A stretch of DNA of 64,000 nucleotides, taken from a virus (lineage: Duplodnaviria; Caudoviricetes). Every line of letters starts with the position of its first letter. Position 1 is the first letter of the stretch. This document shows positions 50,596 to 59,827 of this stretch, one piece after another. The notes under the pieces were generated by a model that made no database searches, was not told the DNA's origin, and was given only the letters and a program-made list of their open reading frames with translations. Location: positions 1 through 64,000 of IMG/VR virus record IMGVR_UViG_3300037067_027684. One strand, 5' to 3'. The translations under genes and the position numbers were made by a program.

Positions 50596-50965
50596 GGGTG
50601 CTTTGGCCAAGTTACGTAGAAGCGGCATTGACAGTATCTCAATATTGGCCGATGTACTTCCACGGGATTGGAAGCAAAAATGGTTTTTATTGGTGGCCGA
50701 GTGTTGGGCCGACAATACTAGAGATGGTGGTAGACTTGCTCTTGTTTGTAGAAATTTGAAAATCAACGAAAATAGGTTTAAGGTTTTGGTTTTTAGTGAT
50801 AGAGAGGAATTACCTCAGAGATTGAAGTCGATATTACGAATAATCACACAAAAGGGTTCTGGAGTTAATTGGTCTTGTTTGCTGAATGATCTGATCTATT
50901 GGGGTGAGAGCATTCAGAGAGAGTGGGCGATGGATTTTTGGACAGGAGAAAAGTCACATGAGTAA
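50537..50965 (+). CDS. cse2: Cas11 (Cse2/CasB)
   Basis: DRGALAKLRR, RF..L, VNW..L..DL..W, WAMDFW. Confidence 0.9.
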   Translation: MEQNQEMIFLNRLKSLKKDRGALAKLRRSGIDSISILADVLPRDWKQKWFLLVAECWADNTRDGGRLALVCRNLKINENRFKVLVFSDREELPQRLKSILRIITQKGSGVNWSCLLNDLIYWGESIQREWAMDFWTGEKSHE

Positions 50966-52091
50966 ATTCATTAATATCCACATCATTCACAATTATCCGG
51001 TATCATGTCTTAATCGTGATGATGCTAATACACCAAAAGATTGCGAGATTGGTGGTTATACACGTGCTCGGATCTCTAGCCAATGTCTGAAGAGAGCCGT
51101 TCGATTTCATCTTGGTGGTGAGTTTTCACTTGGGACACGATCACGCCAATTCCCACAACTTCTAATTAATAAACTTATTGCCTCTGGTAAAAACCAAGAT
51201 GCTACCAATAAGCTTGTTGGTCGTGCTTTTGATGCTTTTTCGAGCATGATTAAAGATAAGAGTGATGAAGAGGAAAACACTGTCGAAGAAAACACAGAGG
51301 AACAGAAGTCTGTTTTGTTACATGTCCCTCCGCTCTACGATCAGAAGCTTGATGAAATTTCTAAATTTATATGTGATAACTGGGATAGTCTCAAAGCAGT
51401 TGTCGTAGAATCTAAAGGCAAGAAGACAAAGAAATGGAATCCTAAAAAAGATACCCCTGATTATGAATTAAAGAAGCATATGGAGAAGTTTGTTGGAAAC
51501 CCACAAGACGCTGTTGATATTGCTTTGTTTGGAAGAATGCTTGCCAGCAACACTGATTTTACAGTTGATGGGGTGTGTTCAGTCGCGCACGCATTCTCTA
51601 CAAACAAAATCAAGAAAGATACTGATTTCTTTACTGCGGTTGACGATCTAAGTCATGATTCTGGCGCTGGTATGATGGGGAATATTGATTTCAATAGTGC
51701 TTGTTATTATCAATTTGCTACTGTTGATTATACTAGGTTATCTGAGTTAATGGGGAATGATTCAAAGAAAATTGCTTTGGCCTGCGTTAATGCTTTTGCT
51801 AAGGCAAATCCTTCTGGTAAACAGAATACGATGTGTGCATTAACCCCACCTGATTTTATTTTGGTTGCTATTGGTAATCAGCGTTTGTCATACGCCAATG
51901 CTTTTGTTAAACCTATTCGTCCCGATGAGAAAGATCTTATTACTAACTCAATTGAAGCGTTGATTAAAGAATCTGACTCATTAAAGACGTTCTTTAATCC
52001 GGTTATTTGTTCTTGGTGTCGCTCGATGCAGATAGCCAATTCTGTTTCTGATTATGGTGCTTTCATGACTCAGGTTGGAGAACAATTGTAA
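50958..52091 (+). CDS. cas7: Cas7 (Cse4/CasC)
   Basis: SCLNRDD..PK, RARISSQCLKRA, DIALFGRMLA, DFFTAVDD, PSGKQN. Confidence 0.95.
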   Translation: MSKFINIHIIHNYPVSCLNRDDANTPKDCEIGGYTRARISSQCLKRAVRFHLGGEFSLGTRSRQFPQLLINKLIASGKNQDATNKLVGRAFDAFSSMIKDKSDEEENTVEENTEEQKSVLLHVPPLYDQKLDEISKFICDNWDSLKAVVVESKGKKTKKWNPKKDTPDYELKKHMEKFVGNPQDAVDIALFGRMLASNTDFTVDGVCSVAHAFSTNKIKKDTDFFTAVDDLSHDSGAGMMGNIDFNSACYYQFATVDYTRLSELMGNDSKKIALACVNAFAKANPSGKQNTMCALTPPDFILVAIGNQRLSYANAFVKPIRPDEKDLITNSIEALIKESDSLKTFFNPVICSWCRSMQIANSVSDYGAFMTQVGEQL

Positions 52092-52750
52092 TGGCCACTA
52101 TTCTATTGAGAATTAAAGCGCCATTTCAATCTTGGGGTTACCAAGAGAGCACTCATATTAGAGATACCAATAGATATCCTACCAAAAGTGGAATAATTGG
52201 TTTGTGTTGTGCGGCGATTGGGAAACCAAGAGAAGAAACTCCTGATTTCCCAACTTTAGTTGAGTTTGGTGTTCTGAAGATGGGCGTTAGAGTTCTTAAT
52301 TTTGGCTCTAAGATGAGAGATTTTTGTACGGTCGGTAGTGGTATCAACAAGCCTACCTTGGATACTGTGTTTGATAGTAAATGTACTACCAAAAGAAAAG
52401 AGGCTATTATCATAACTAAATATTATTTGGTTGGGGCCGATTTTTTGGTTGCGTTGGAAGGTGATAATGTTTTGTTAGGGCGCATTAAAGCTGGTTTTTT
52501 GAATCCTGTTTTCCCACTCTTTTTTGGTCGTAAAAATTGTCCTCCTGCTTGTGATATTTTAGTGGGTGTTTACGAATCTGGCTTGGTTGAAACGCTGAGA
52601 GATGCAGTTGTTGATGTTGATAAACCAGAAAATCTTTTTATTTTAGAGAGTAACACTGGAGTTTTGGTTAATGATGTCCCATTGATTTCTCGTGAATTTG
52701 GTGTTCGTAGAGTTGTGGAATGTTCTTTGGAGGAATTATCATGTTCCTAA
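52091..52750 (+). CDS. cas5: Cas5e (CasD)
   Basis: APFQSWG, PTKSGIIGL..AA.G, YL..ADF, FGRK.CPP. Confidence 0.95.
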   Translation: MATILLRIKAPFQSWGYQESTHIRDTNRYPTKSGIIGLCCAAIGKPREETPDFPTLVEFGVLKMGVRVLNFGSKMRDFCTVGSGINKPTLDTVFDSKCTTKRKEAIIITKYYLVGADFLVALEGDNVLLGRIKAGFLNPVFPLFFGRKNCPPACDILVGVYESGLVETLRDAVVDVDKPENLFILESNTGVLVNDVPLISREFGVRRVVECSLEELSCS

Positions 52751-53304
52751 CTCAGATTCAGGTTAATAATTCTCGTATTCTTGGTGATATTTATGGGGTC
52801 CATCAGAAGGTGATGGCATTTGTGGACTCTGAGGAGAGGGTTCTTTATCGAGTTGAGACCGATGACTTTCCTCGAATCCTTGTTCTTTCTGAGGACGAAC
52901 CTAGTAATAAAGTTGATTGGGGTAAGGTAATTATTAAACCATATAATCCTATTATTGCTGTTGGTAGACGATTTAGGTTTAGGTTGTTGGCTAACCCTAC
53001 GCATGTGGTTTCAGTTGGTGGTCATAAGAGGATTAGGATGTTTTTGAAGATCGAGGATCAAGAGAATTGGATTAAAGAAAAGGGCAAGAAATCTGGTTTT
53101 AAGGTTCTAGATCATGTTTTGGTGATAGATAATGGATTTTGTAAGATCAAGAAGCAGTCTGGTTTTGAATGGATCACTAGATCAGTTCTGTTTGAGGGTG
53201 TATTGGAGGTTTCTGATAAGAATTTGTTTTTGTTTAATTTGTTTAATGGGATCGGTCGTTGTAAGGCTTTTGGTTTTGGTTTACTGTCGATTGCTGCTCT
53301 TTGA
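52741..53304 (+). CDS. cas6e: Cas6e (Cse3/CasE)
   Basis: FRFRLLANP, FEGVLEV, GIGRCKAFGFGLLS. Confidence 0.95.
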   Translation: MFLTQIQVNNSRILGDIYGVHQKVMAFVDSEERVLYRVETDDFPRILVLSEDEPSNKVDWGKVIIKPYNPIIAVGRRFRFRLLANPTHVVSVGGHKRIRMFLKIEDQENWIKEKGKKSGFKVLDHVLVIDNGFCKIKKQSGFEWITRSVLFEGVLEVSDKNLFLFNLFNGIGRCKAFGFGLLSIAAL

Positions 53305-53377
53305 TAATCGAATACTGATTAAACGCTTTAACACCACTGATTGTGTTTCTTATTGCTGCGACATACAATCAGTTGGT

Positions 53378-53998
53378 GTCTTTCCCGCGTAAGCGGGGAT
53401 AAATCGACGATGTTAGATGATGGGCGGAATTTTAGGTCGTCTTTCCCGCGTAAGCGGGGATAAATCGGCGGAACAGATTGACTATGCCGCACCAAAAATG
53501 TCTTTCCCGCGTAAGCGGGGATAAATCGCAATCGCAGTCGGAACTACCTTCTGCACAGACGTCTTTCCCGCGTAAGCGGGGATAAATCGATGGACAAGAA
53601 GATTGACCAGTATCACGACTCGTCTTTCCCGCGTAAGCGGGGATAAATCGTATCCGGCTATTCGTTGTTCGATTTGTCGTGAGTCTTTCCCGCGTAAGCG
53701 GGGATAAATCGGCTCAGGTCTGGAAGGCTCGATTTAGGCATCCGTCTTTCCCGCGTAAGCGGGGATAAATCGCACCCTCTCGCCTAGCGGGGTGTTGGAT
53801 CGTTGTCTTTCCCGCGTAAGCGGGGATAAATCGCCCTGTAGGTCACAGAAGAGATCCGCACCGGCTCCCGCGTAAGCGGGGATAAATCGATGATGGAATC
53901 AGATCAAGTGAAAAGCTTGATTCCCGCGTAAGCGGGGATAAATCGGAGAGACCGGATAGGGCTTATACTTCGGTGGAGTCTCCCGCGTAAGTGGGGAA
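53378..53998 (+). CRISPR. type I-E array: 11 repeats (8 full 29-nt GTCTTTCCCGCGTAAGCGGGGATAAATCG, 2 lacking the first 5 nt, 1 degenerate terminal) and 10 spacers of 32 nt
   Basis: repeats start at 53378, 53439, 53500, 53561, 53622, 53683, 53744, 53805, 53866, 53922, 53978. Confidence 0.97.
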
Positions 53999-54026
53999 GT
54001 ATTTGATTCTTTCAAGGAGAACAATA

Positions 54027-55184
54027 ATGTCGAGTATTCCATTAGCCACACGTATCCGACCGAAAACTCTCGCTGAGATAATTGGACAACAGCATATTTT
54101 AGGAGAAGATAAACCATTATTTAAAATGATTAAGGATGATAGAGTAAGTTCGATAATTTTCTACGGCCCAAGTGGTACTGGTAAGACAACACTAGCAGAA
54201 GTAATCTCAAAAATTACAAAACGCAATTTTGTTAAAATGAATGCCGCTAACTGTGGTGTTAAAGAAATTAGATCATTGGCTGAAAAAGCAACAATGACTG
54301 GAATCAGTACAGTATTGTTCCTAGACGAATGTCATAGAGCTACGACTGTATTGATGGACACGCTACTGCCGTTTATTGAGAATGGAGTGTTTGTATTCAT
54401 TGGCGCAACCACTGAGAATGTCTACCATTCATTGACATCAGCATTACTATCAAGATGTCAAGTGTATGTTCTGGAATCATTGTCTGAGACTGAATTAACC
54501 ATGATTATGTTAAGAGGTGTCGAATATTATCGATCAATTAAAAAAGAGGTTAGTCTTGATCCTGAAGCTGTTAAACACATAATTCGTGTTTCTTGTGGCG
54601 ATGGTCGTAAGGTTCTGACTATTCTTGAAATGTTGGTTGAAATTGGTGGTGCATTAGACATTACTCTTGAATTGGCTAGAGCAGTTGCTCCGTCGAAATA
54701 TGTTGTGTATGGAGAAAGTTTGAAGTATGATTACGCTTCTTGGGAGCAGGGGGCGCTTCAAGCTTCAGACCCCGACGCTGCGATTTATGCTCTAGCTAAA
54801 TGGCTTGAATCGGGGGAGGACCCGAGATATATAGCGAGAAGAATAATTATTTCTGCGAGCGAGGACTGTGCTAGTTCTCCATTTGCAGCGATGCTTGCGC
54901 ATTCAGCCTATGTTGCCGCCTGCGAAATAGGAAGACCAGAATGCGATATAGTTCTAGCTCACGCAGTCGTAACTATTGCTACTAGTAAACGTGATAAGTC
55001 AGCGGCAGTAGCGATTTGGTCTGCTCTTAAGGATATCAAAGAAGGTATTGACGTAGCTGTCCCGAAGGAATTGCGAGATTGCCATTATAAAGGCTCTGAG
55101 AAACTTGGCCATGGTGCTTATCACGATGGTATGAATCAATCAGCATATGTAGGTATTAACAAGAAATATTATAAGCCATGGTAA
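54027..55184 (+). CDS. rarA: replication-associated recombination protein A (MgsA/RarA AAA+)
   Basis: PLATRIRPKTL, GPSGTGKTT, FLDECHR, IGATTEN, ALLSR, GDGR, GEDPRYIARR..ASED. Confidence 0.95.
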   Translation: MSSIPLATRIRPKTLAEIIGQQHILGEDKPLFKMIKDDRVSSIIFYGPSGTGKTTLAEVISKITKRNFVKMNAANCGVKEIRSLAEKATMTGISTVLFLDECHRATTVLMDTLLPFIENGVFVFIGATTENVYHSLTSALLSRCQVYVLESLSETELTMIMLRGVEYYRSIKKEVSLDPEAVKHIIRVSCGDGRKVLTILEMLVEIGGALDITLELARAVAPSKYVVYGESLKYDYASWEQGALQASDPDAAIYALAKWLESGEDPRYIARRIIISASEDCASSPFAAMLAHSAYVAACEIGRPECDIVLAHAVVTIATSKRDKSAAVAIWSALKDIKEGIDVAVPKELRDCHYKGSEKLGHGAYHDGMNQSAYVGINKKYYKPW

Positions 55185-56112
55185 ATTCTTTATACCTTTG
55201 ATGTTTCCTATCAAGACATCTAATTGGATCATGCCAAATCCAATTGGCTAATCGTAATGCTTTTCGACAAGAGCAAGTTATCTTGGTAATACTACCAACT
55301 GGATAAGGCCCATTCATTCTCATGTTAATTTTATTGTCGATTAATGATAATAATTCGGAACCAAATGAATTATAAGTGATTGCGAATCCAATGATCAGAT
55401 TATTCTTTCTATTTCTCGTGATATATCCATCGCCGTCCAAGAAACCACGCACAAAATGATCATGATATTTAATTTTTGGTATGTGTTTCTTATATTCTTC
55501 TCCTGGGCAAAGACCATATTTAGCTAATATGTCACATAAATATATGTTGCTTAACTGAATTGCGTCATAATGGAAACCGCGTGAGTCAATATAATGTTTT
55601 ATGATTGATGTTGGTAAAGATAGATCATTAACGAACATTTCAAGCCATGCTCTATCCTTAGCAGCAAGACGAATACCCAACACACTTGGATAATTACCAC
55701 GATTACGAATATGACCATCAGCGTAGATGAATCCAAGATAATAACAGCCAATTTGGTCCATACTCGTAAAGTGAGTTAAATCGGGGTTATGTTTTCTAAT
55801 TTTATCAGCAGCGATACAGGTAGCCTCAAATCTCGTTTTTGAGAGTCCCAATTTATTAAGCCGATAACAAATCGAACGTTGATTAATTTTAAATTTCTTG
55901 CTTAATTCGCATGTGGTAAGATGGCTATGTTTAATTAATTCTTTATCGGTAAATGGTTTCTGGATATTTTCTCGTTTGAGTTTCCACTTCTGACATAGAC
56001 GTTGAATTGTCCATCGTTGGGTCCCAGTAATTCTAGCTATCTCCTTCTGTGATTGACCATTGTAAAACATCTTAACTATTTCGTTATGCTTACTGTGGTG
56101 TAGTACAGTCAT
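55156..56112 (-). CDS. LAGLIDADG homing endonuclease
   Basis: YLGFIYADG and FVRGFLDGDG. Confidence 0.9.
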   Translation of the reverse strand: MTVLHHSKHNEIVKMFYNGQSQKEIARITGTQRWTIQRLCQKWKLKRENIQKPFTDKELIKHSHLTTCELSKKFKINQRSICYRLNKLGLSKTRFEATCIAADKIRKHNPDLTHFTSMDQIGCYYLGFIYADGHIRNRGNYPSVLGIRLAAKDRAWLEMFVNDLSLPTSIIKHYIDSRGFHYDAIQLSNIYLCDILAKYGLCPGEEYKKHIPKIKYHDHFVRGFLDGDGYITRNRKNNLIIGFAITYNSFGSELLSLIDNKINMRMNGPYPVGSITKITCSCRKALRLANWIWHDPIRCLDRKHQRYKEFTMAYNISC

Positions 56113-56239
56113 CTGATCCTCCTGCTAAAATATATACTTGTCGCGATTGTCTTTCGTAGATTTTGGCTGAATATCGGGATAGGTATTTAAGTATCATGAA
56201 AACCTGATAAACAGAATGACATGGGTAAAGGAGAAATAA

Positions 56240-56518
56240 ATGATTGACGAGCCGATCACAGAGGAAGCACCTTTGGTTGAGTCTCAGGGTGAGATTGTCA
56301 TGAAGGTTATTTCCGCGCATGGCGATGACCGGTTGATTTGGGATCGTCATTTTATTGATTCTATTAAGGAAGCTCGTGACAAGTTTTATGACCTGTTGTC
56401 CAAGGGCTATCAGGCTTTTGCTGTGAAGATGGATGGTAAGAAATCTAATCGGCGTATGTTCAAGTTTGATCCTAAAGTTGAAGAAATCATCATGGTCCCA
56501 ATGCTCGTTGGGGGCTAA
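56240..56518 (+). CDS. small protein ending in -LVGG
   Basis: AAGGAG RBS; FDP..EEIIMVPMLVGG-stop. Confidence 0.75.
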   Translation: MIDEPITEEAPLVESQGEIVMKVISAHGDDRLIWDRHFIDSIKEARDKFYDLLSKGYQAFAVKMDGKKSNRRMFKFDPKVEEIIMVPMLVGG

Positions 56519-56529
56519 GGGAGATCAAC

Positions 56530-57339
56530 ATGGCTATAACCAACTCACCGTATCTAGTTGGGTCTGGTGGATCTACAACGCCTGGTGGATCTTCAACACC
56601 AAGTGGAATTGTGTACTCTAATTATGTTGCACCACAATATACTAAATCAACAATTATTGCTCCAATTTCATATCGACCGTCTGTACGAATAACTGATGTC
56701 ACAACAGATAATAATGGCTTTATAAATGGGATATCCGAAGCCGTTAATATCGTGCACGATACTACTATTGTTTATACTACCATGCAAAATAGTGTCTATT
56801 TGAACTTCAGCAGTGTCACAAGTACCAGCACTTATTACTACAATTATAATTACGACTATGTGACTGGCGCATCTGGCTTTGATAAGAAGACATCACATCG
56901 TAACAGAATTCGTCGGCAGTTAATGCCAACTGAACAGCCACAAAACGCTGCATTGTTGGCTTGCAATAGTAACCCTGCAGAATTGAGGGCTAGAGGTTTG
57001 TTGCGTGAGATTATTGGTGCTGAAGAATTTAGGAATTATTTGCGTCGTGGTTTTGTGACGGTTAAGGGGCGATCTGGGATGATCTATCGAGTTAGTGGTG
57101 GGCATAATGTAATTTACAGTTATGTTCGTAATTCTAAGGGGAAATATGAGAAGTTCGAAAGCATTTGTGTTGTCTTTAAGGATGGTGTAAATCTTCCTTA
57201 CTCCGATTGGGTTGTAATGCGGATTTTGCTGGTCCAGAATGACGAATTTGCTCTGCGTAAAGTTGCGAATGTTAGTAAGGTGGGTTCTCAATTGACGTTC
57301 GTTGATGGTGGTGTGAACCAGTACGCGATAGCGGTCTAA
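56530..57339 (+). CDS. conserved hypothetical protein
   Basis: S/T-rich N-terminus; RA..LL..GF..V.G.SG..Y..C..LP..D..DE..AN C-terminal domain. Confidence 0.7.
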   Translation: MAITNSPYLVGSGGSTTPGGSSTPSGIVYSNYVAPQYTKSTIIAPISYRPSVRITDVTTDNNGFINGISEAVNIVHDTTIVYTTMQNSVYLNFSSVTSTSTYYYNYNYDYVTGASGFDKKTSHRNRIRRQLMPTEQPQNAALLACNSNPAELRARGLLREIIGAEEFRNYLRRGFVTVKGRSGMIYRVSGGHNVIYSYVRNSKGKYEKFESICVVFKDGVNLPYSDWVVMRILLVQNDEFALRKVANVSKVGSQLTFVDGGVNQYAIAV

Positions 57340-57348
57340 AAGGAGAAA

Positions 57349-57708
57349 ATGATGAGAATTGCTCTAGCGTTGCTGTCTTTGGTTTTGTTGTCCTCCTGTA
57401 CGTATGAGGAATCATTCTTTGGATGGGGTGGACCTAATCCGAAGGCTACCGAGGAAAAGGAAGCAGCAGCAGAAGTATTTGGCGTTCGTGGTCAGGTTGT
57501 CACATTGACCTATAAATTGCTCAAAACTGAACAGAATGATAGGTGCGTCTTGTGTGGCAATAAAACCACTCTTTATGCACAGGACATCAAGCTTAATGGT
57601 CATGAAGTTCTCAAGTCCAGCATTCCAGTTTGTAATCGAGAGTTATGCCTACATCTTTGGGTTGAGAAATACGTAGGCTTCGACGTTGATAAGGTTAAGA
57701 AGAAATGA
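57349..57708 (+). CDS. lipoprotein
   Basis: lipobox LLSSC after hydrophobic stretch. Confidence 0.7.
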   Translation: MMRIALALLSLVLLSSCTYEESFFGWGGPNPKATEEKEAAAEVFGVRGQVVTLTYKLLKTEQNDRCVLCGNKTTLYAQDIKLNGHEVLKSSIPVCNRELCLHLWVEKYVGFDVDKVKKK

Positions 57709-58100
57709 GAGAAACAGTCGAATTTCATTGTAATGACTGCTCAGGTTATTTTCTGGTCAACCTGAATGTTGGTTGGACTGGGATGTTCCTGTTTGTGTGC
57801 CCCGAATGTGGGCGGGAGCATCCCAGGACGATCACTAAGGGTGTGATGGATAGCACTCAATATGGAGTTAGGGCAATGAAGGACAAGAAAGTTCCAGTCT
57901 CTGTTACTAGAGATACTTATGCTGAGAAAGATGAGCGTCGTGAGCGTATTGTGGTGATGAAATCTGCTTATAGTAAGACTCCAAGGTTGGATTGTCTCGC
58001 TAATAGGATGTGGATTTCTGGTGGTGCTAGTAGTCTGTTTTTGGCAAACGTAAGAGCACGTTCCGAAGAAGAGCGTTTGTCTTTTCAGGAGAAGAAATAA
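57705..58100 (+). CDS. Zn-ribbon protein
   Basis: CNDC..CPECGREH. Confidence 0.65.
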   Translation: MRETVEFHCNDCSGYFLVNLNVGWTGMFLFVCPECGREHPRTITKGVMDSTQYGVRAMKDKKVPVSVTRDTYAEKDERRERIVVMKSAYSKTPRLDCLANRMWISGGASSLFLANVRARSEEERLSFQEKK

Positions 58101-58393
58101 TGTCAGATGAAAAAGAACTTGGAGAGTCTTTGGTTGCTCTTCAGTTGGTTTGTCTTCTTAATAGTAACCTGAATGATGTTTTGGAAAACGATGAAGAGAC
58201 AGGTGCATGTTTTGTGTTTCAAAGTGATGGGTTTACATCGTCTATTGAATTCCTTGGTGTACAGATTTGGACTGAAGACAATGGTCCTATTGATGAGAAA
58301 AATATCGAAGATATGAAGAAGCAAGTTAAGGGAATAATGCATAGACTTCGTGCTGCGACTGATGTTGAGGAACTTTTCAAAGCCCCGATTTAA
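58100..58393 (+). CDS. hypothetical protein
   Basis: stop/start overlap. Confidence 0.6.
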   Translation: MSDEKELGESLVALQLVCLLNSNLNDVLENDEETGACFVFQSDGFTSSIEFLGVQIWTEDNGPIDEKNIEDMKKQVKGIMHRLRAATDVEELFKAPI

Positions 58394-58403
58394 GGAGACA
58401 TCT

Positions 58404-58805
58404 GTGTCAGACAAATGTGAAACTACGCTTCCGAAGACTAAGTCTGCTGCTAAGGCGGGTAAACCAGAAGTGTTGAATAAATATAGATTCCAAAATTATG
58501 ACGATGGCAAGATTCATGTTCATGATGATGAATTGGGATTGGTATTTATTTGTTTAGATACTAGGCGTTTTCAGCTTGGTATTGATTCGTTTATTAAGAA
58601 GGCAGATTTGTTGCCAATGGGCCATATCGCAGTAATCAAGACTGATACTGTGCTTGTCTCAAGCAGAAAGTTGGCTGACGTTGTTTTGACCAAGACTCCT
58701 GAAGGTTGGAATTTTGCTTTATCTGAGGCAGGTGTGGCTAAGGCTGATTCTTTTGCTGCGGATGAGGTTCTTACTTTCTTGGATGATTTTGTCCAGAGGA
58801 TTTAA
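58404..58805 (+). CDS. hypothetical protein
   Basis: AAGGAG before GTG 58404. Confidence 0.6.
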   Translation: MSDKCETTLPKTKSAAKAGKPEVLNKYRFQNYDDGKIHVHDDELGLVFICLDTRRFQLGIDSFIKKADLLPMGHIAVIKTDTVLVSSRKLADVVLTKTPEGWNFALSEAGVAKADSFAADEVLTFLDDFVQRI

Positions 58806-59080
58806 TGATTTGTGTTGATCATCTAATACCAAGTTTAAAGTCTGCGTCTTGGCCCTTTACCAAATCAGCTCATTTATTTCAAGTTGGTGGCACTGAAGAT
58901 GAGTTACATGATTTCGCTAAAAGTATAGGCTTGCGTAGATCATGGTATCAGGGAGACCATTACGACTTGAGTCCACGGAGATATCCTATAGCAGTTAGAT
59001 TGGGTGCGAAGTTGGTTGATAGGCGCAGTCCTGAGATGAGGGAATTTTTGAAGAGACACAGAGAAATGAGGACAAAGTGA
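58805..59080 (+). CDS. DUF4031-like protein
   Basis: VD..HL..ELH.FA..IGL.RSW.Q..HYDL..A..LGA. Confidence 0.8.
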   Translation: MICVDHLIPSLKSASWPFTKSAHLFQVGGTEDELHDFAKSIGLRRSWYQGDHYDLSPRRYPIAVRLGAKLVDRRSPEMREFLKRHREMRTK

Positions 59081-59193
59081 CTATTTTTCTTGTGTTTGTG
59101 TCTGGATTTGTTACTGGTGTGGTTGCTTGCTTCATTTATGCTTGCCTGCCATGCTCAGACAAACGTGTTCCCTACGATGAATAGGATTGTAAA

Positions 59194-59556
59194 ATGGGTA
59201 GACCAAGAAAATACATCGTGCAAGATGGATGCTGGAATTGCAAATCTGTTTTCATCAAGATTGATTATGACGAGGAAACTGGATATTTTTGTACTTTTGG
59301 TGCCGGTCCGCGTCCCCCTTGTTGTTCGGCCTCAATGAAAGAGAGTCCGACTACTTCTGTTGACTTGACTACTGATCTTGAAGATATCGAGGCAGTGATT
59401 TCAAACCCTGCCGCAAGATTGAGAATTTACGAATCGATTTCTGATAGAGTTCATGATCAATATCGTAAGAATTGGGATAAATGGTCCAAGAATAGAGAAG
59501 TTTGGCAATGTGGTAAGTGCCCTAGATGGGAGAAGAGACATGGAATTAGGCAATAG
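59194..59556 (+). CDS. Cys-rich hypothetical protein
   Basis: CWNC..C..V...GKC..W. Confidence 0.55.
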   Translation: MGRPRKYIVQDGCWNCKSVFIKIDYDEETGYFCTFGAGPRPPCCSASMKESPTTSVDLTTDLEDIEAVISNPAARLRIYESISDRVHDQYRKNWDKWSKNREVWQCGKCPRWEKRHGIRQ

Positions 59557-59827
59557 AACATTAATCCTAGATGATTCAGACGCAGCATTGAATAAATACC
59601 AAGAATTAATGGTTAAAGAATTGAAATATGTTACTACTAAGAGTGGAATGGTATATCCTCTTTCTGATCTAGTTAAGGCTAGAAAGAGCACTATGATCGT
59701 TGAATTAAATTTCTCAAACAGGCGTTTCGAAATTATTAAACAAAGATATAACTTTAACCCCAAGAAAGTTATTATGTATCTTACCGACGATGACCTAAAT
59801 CCAAACAAACTAGCAAAAATACTGTAA
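59540..59827 (+). CDS. hypothetical protein
   Basis: ORF; start uncertain. Confidence 0.5.
   Translation: MELGNRTLILDDSDAALNKYQELMVKELKYVTTKSGMVYPLSDLVKARKSTMIVELNFSNRRFEIIKQRYNFNPKKVIMYLTDDDLNPNKLAKIL

Noticed and set aside
53328-53531. Minus-strand ORF across the array
   Set aside because: Translation of CRISPR repeats.
53407-53977. Self-targeting spacers within the window
   Set aside because: No match noticed by eye; not exhaustively searched.
9290-56112. Introns or inteins hosting the LAGLIDADG genes
   Set aside because: Flanking genes look complete and no splice or intein motifs were seen; treated as free-standing.
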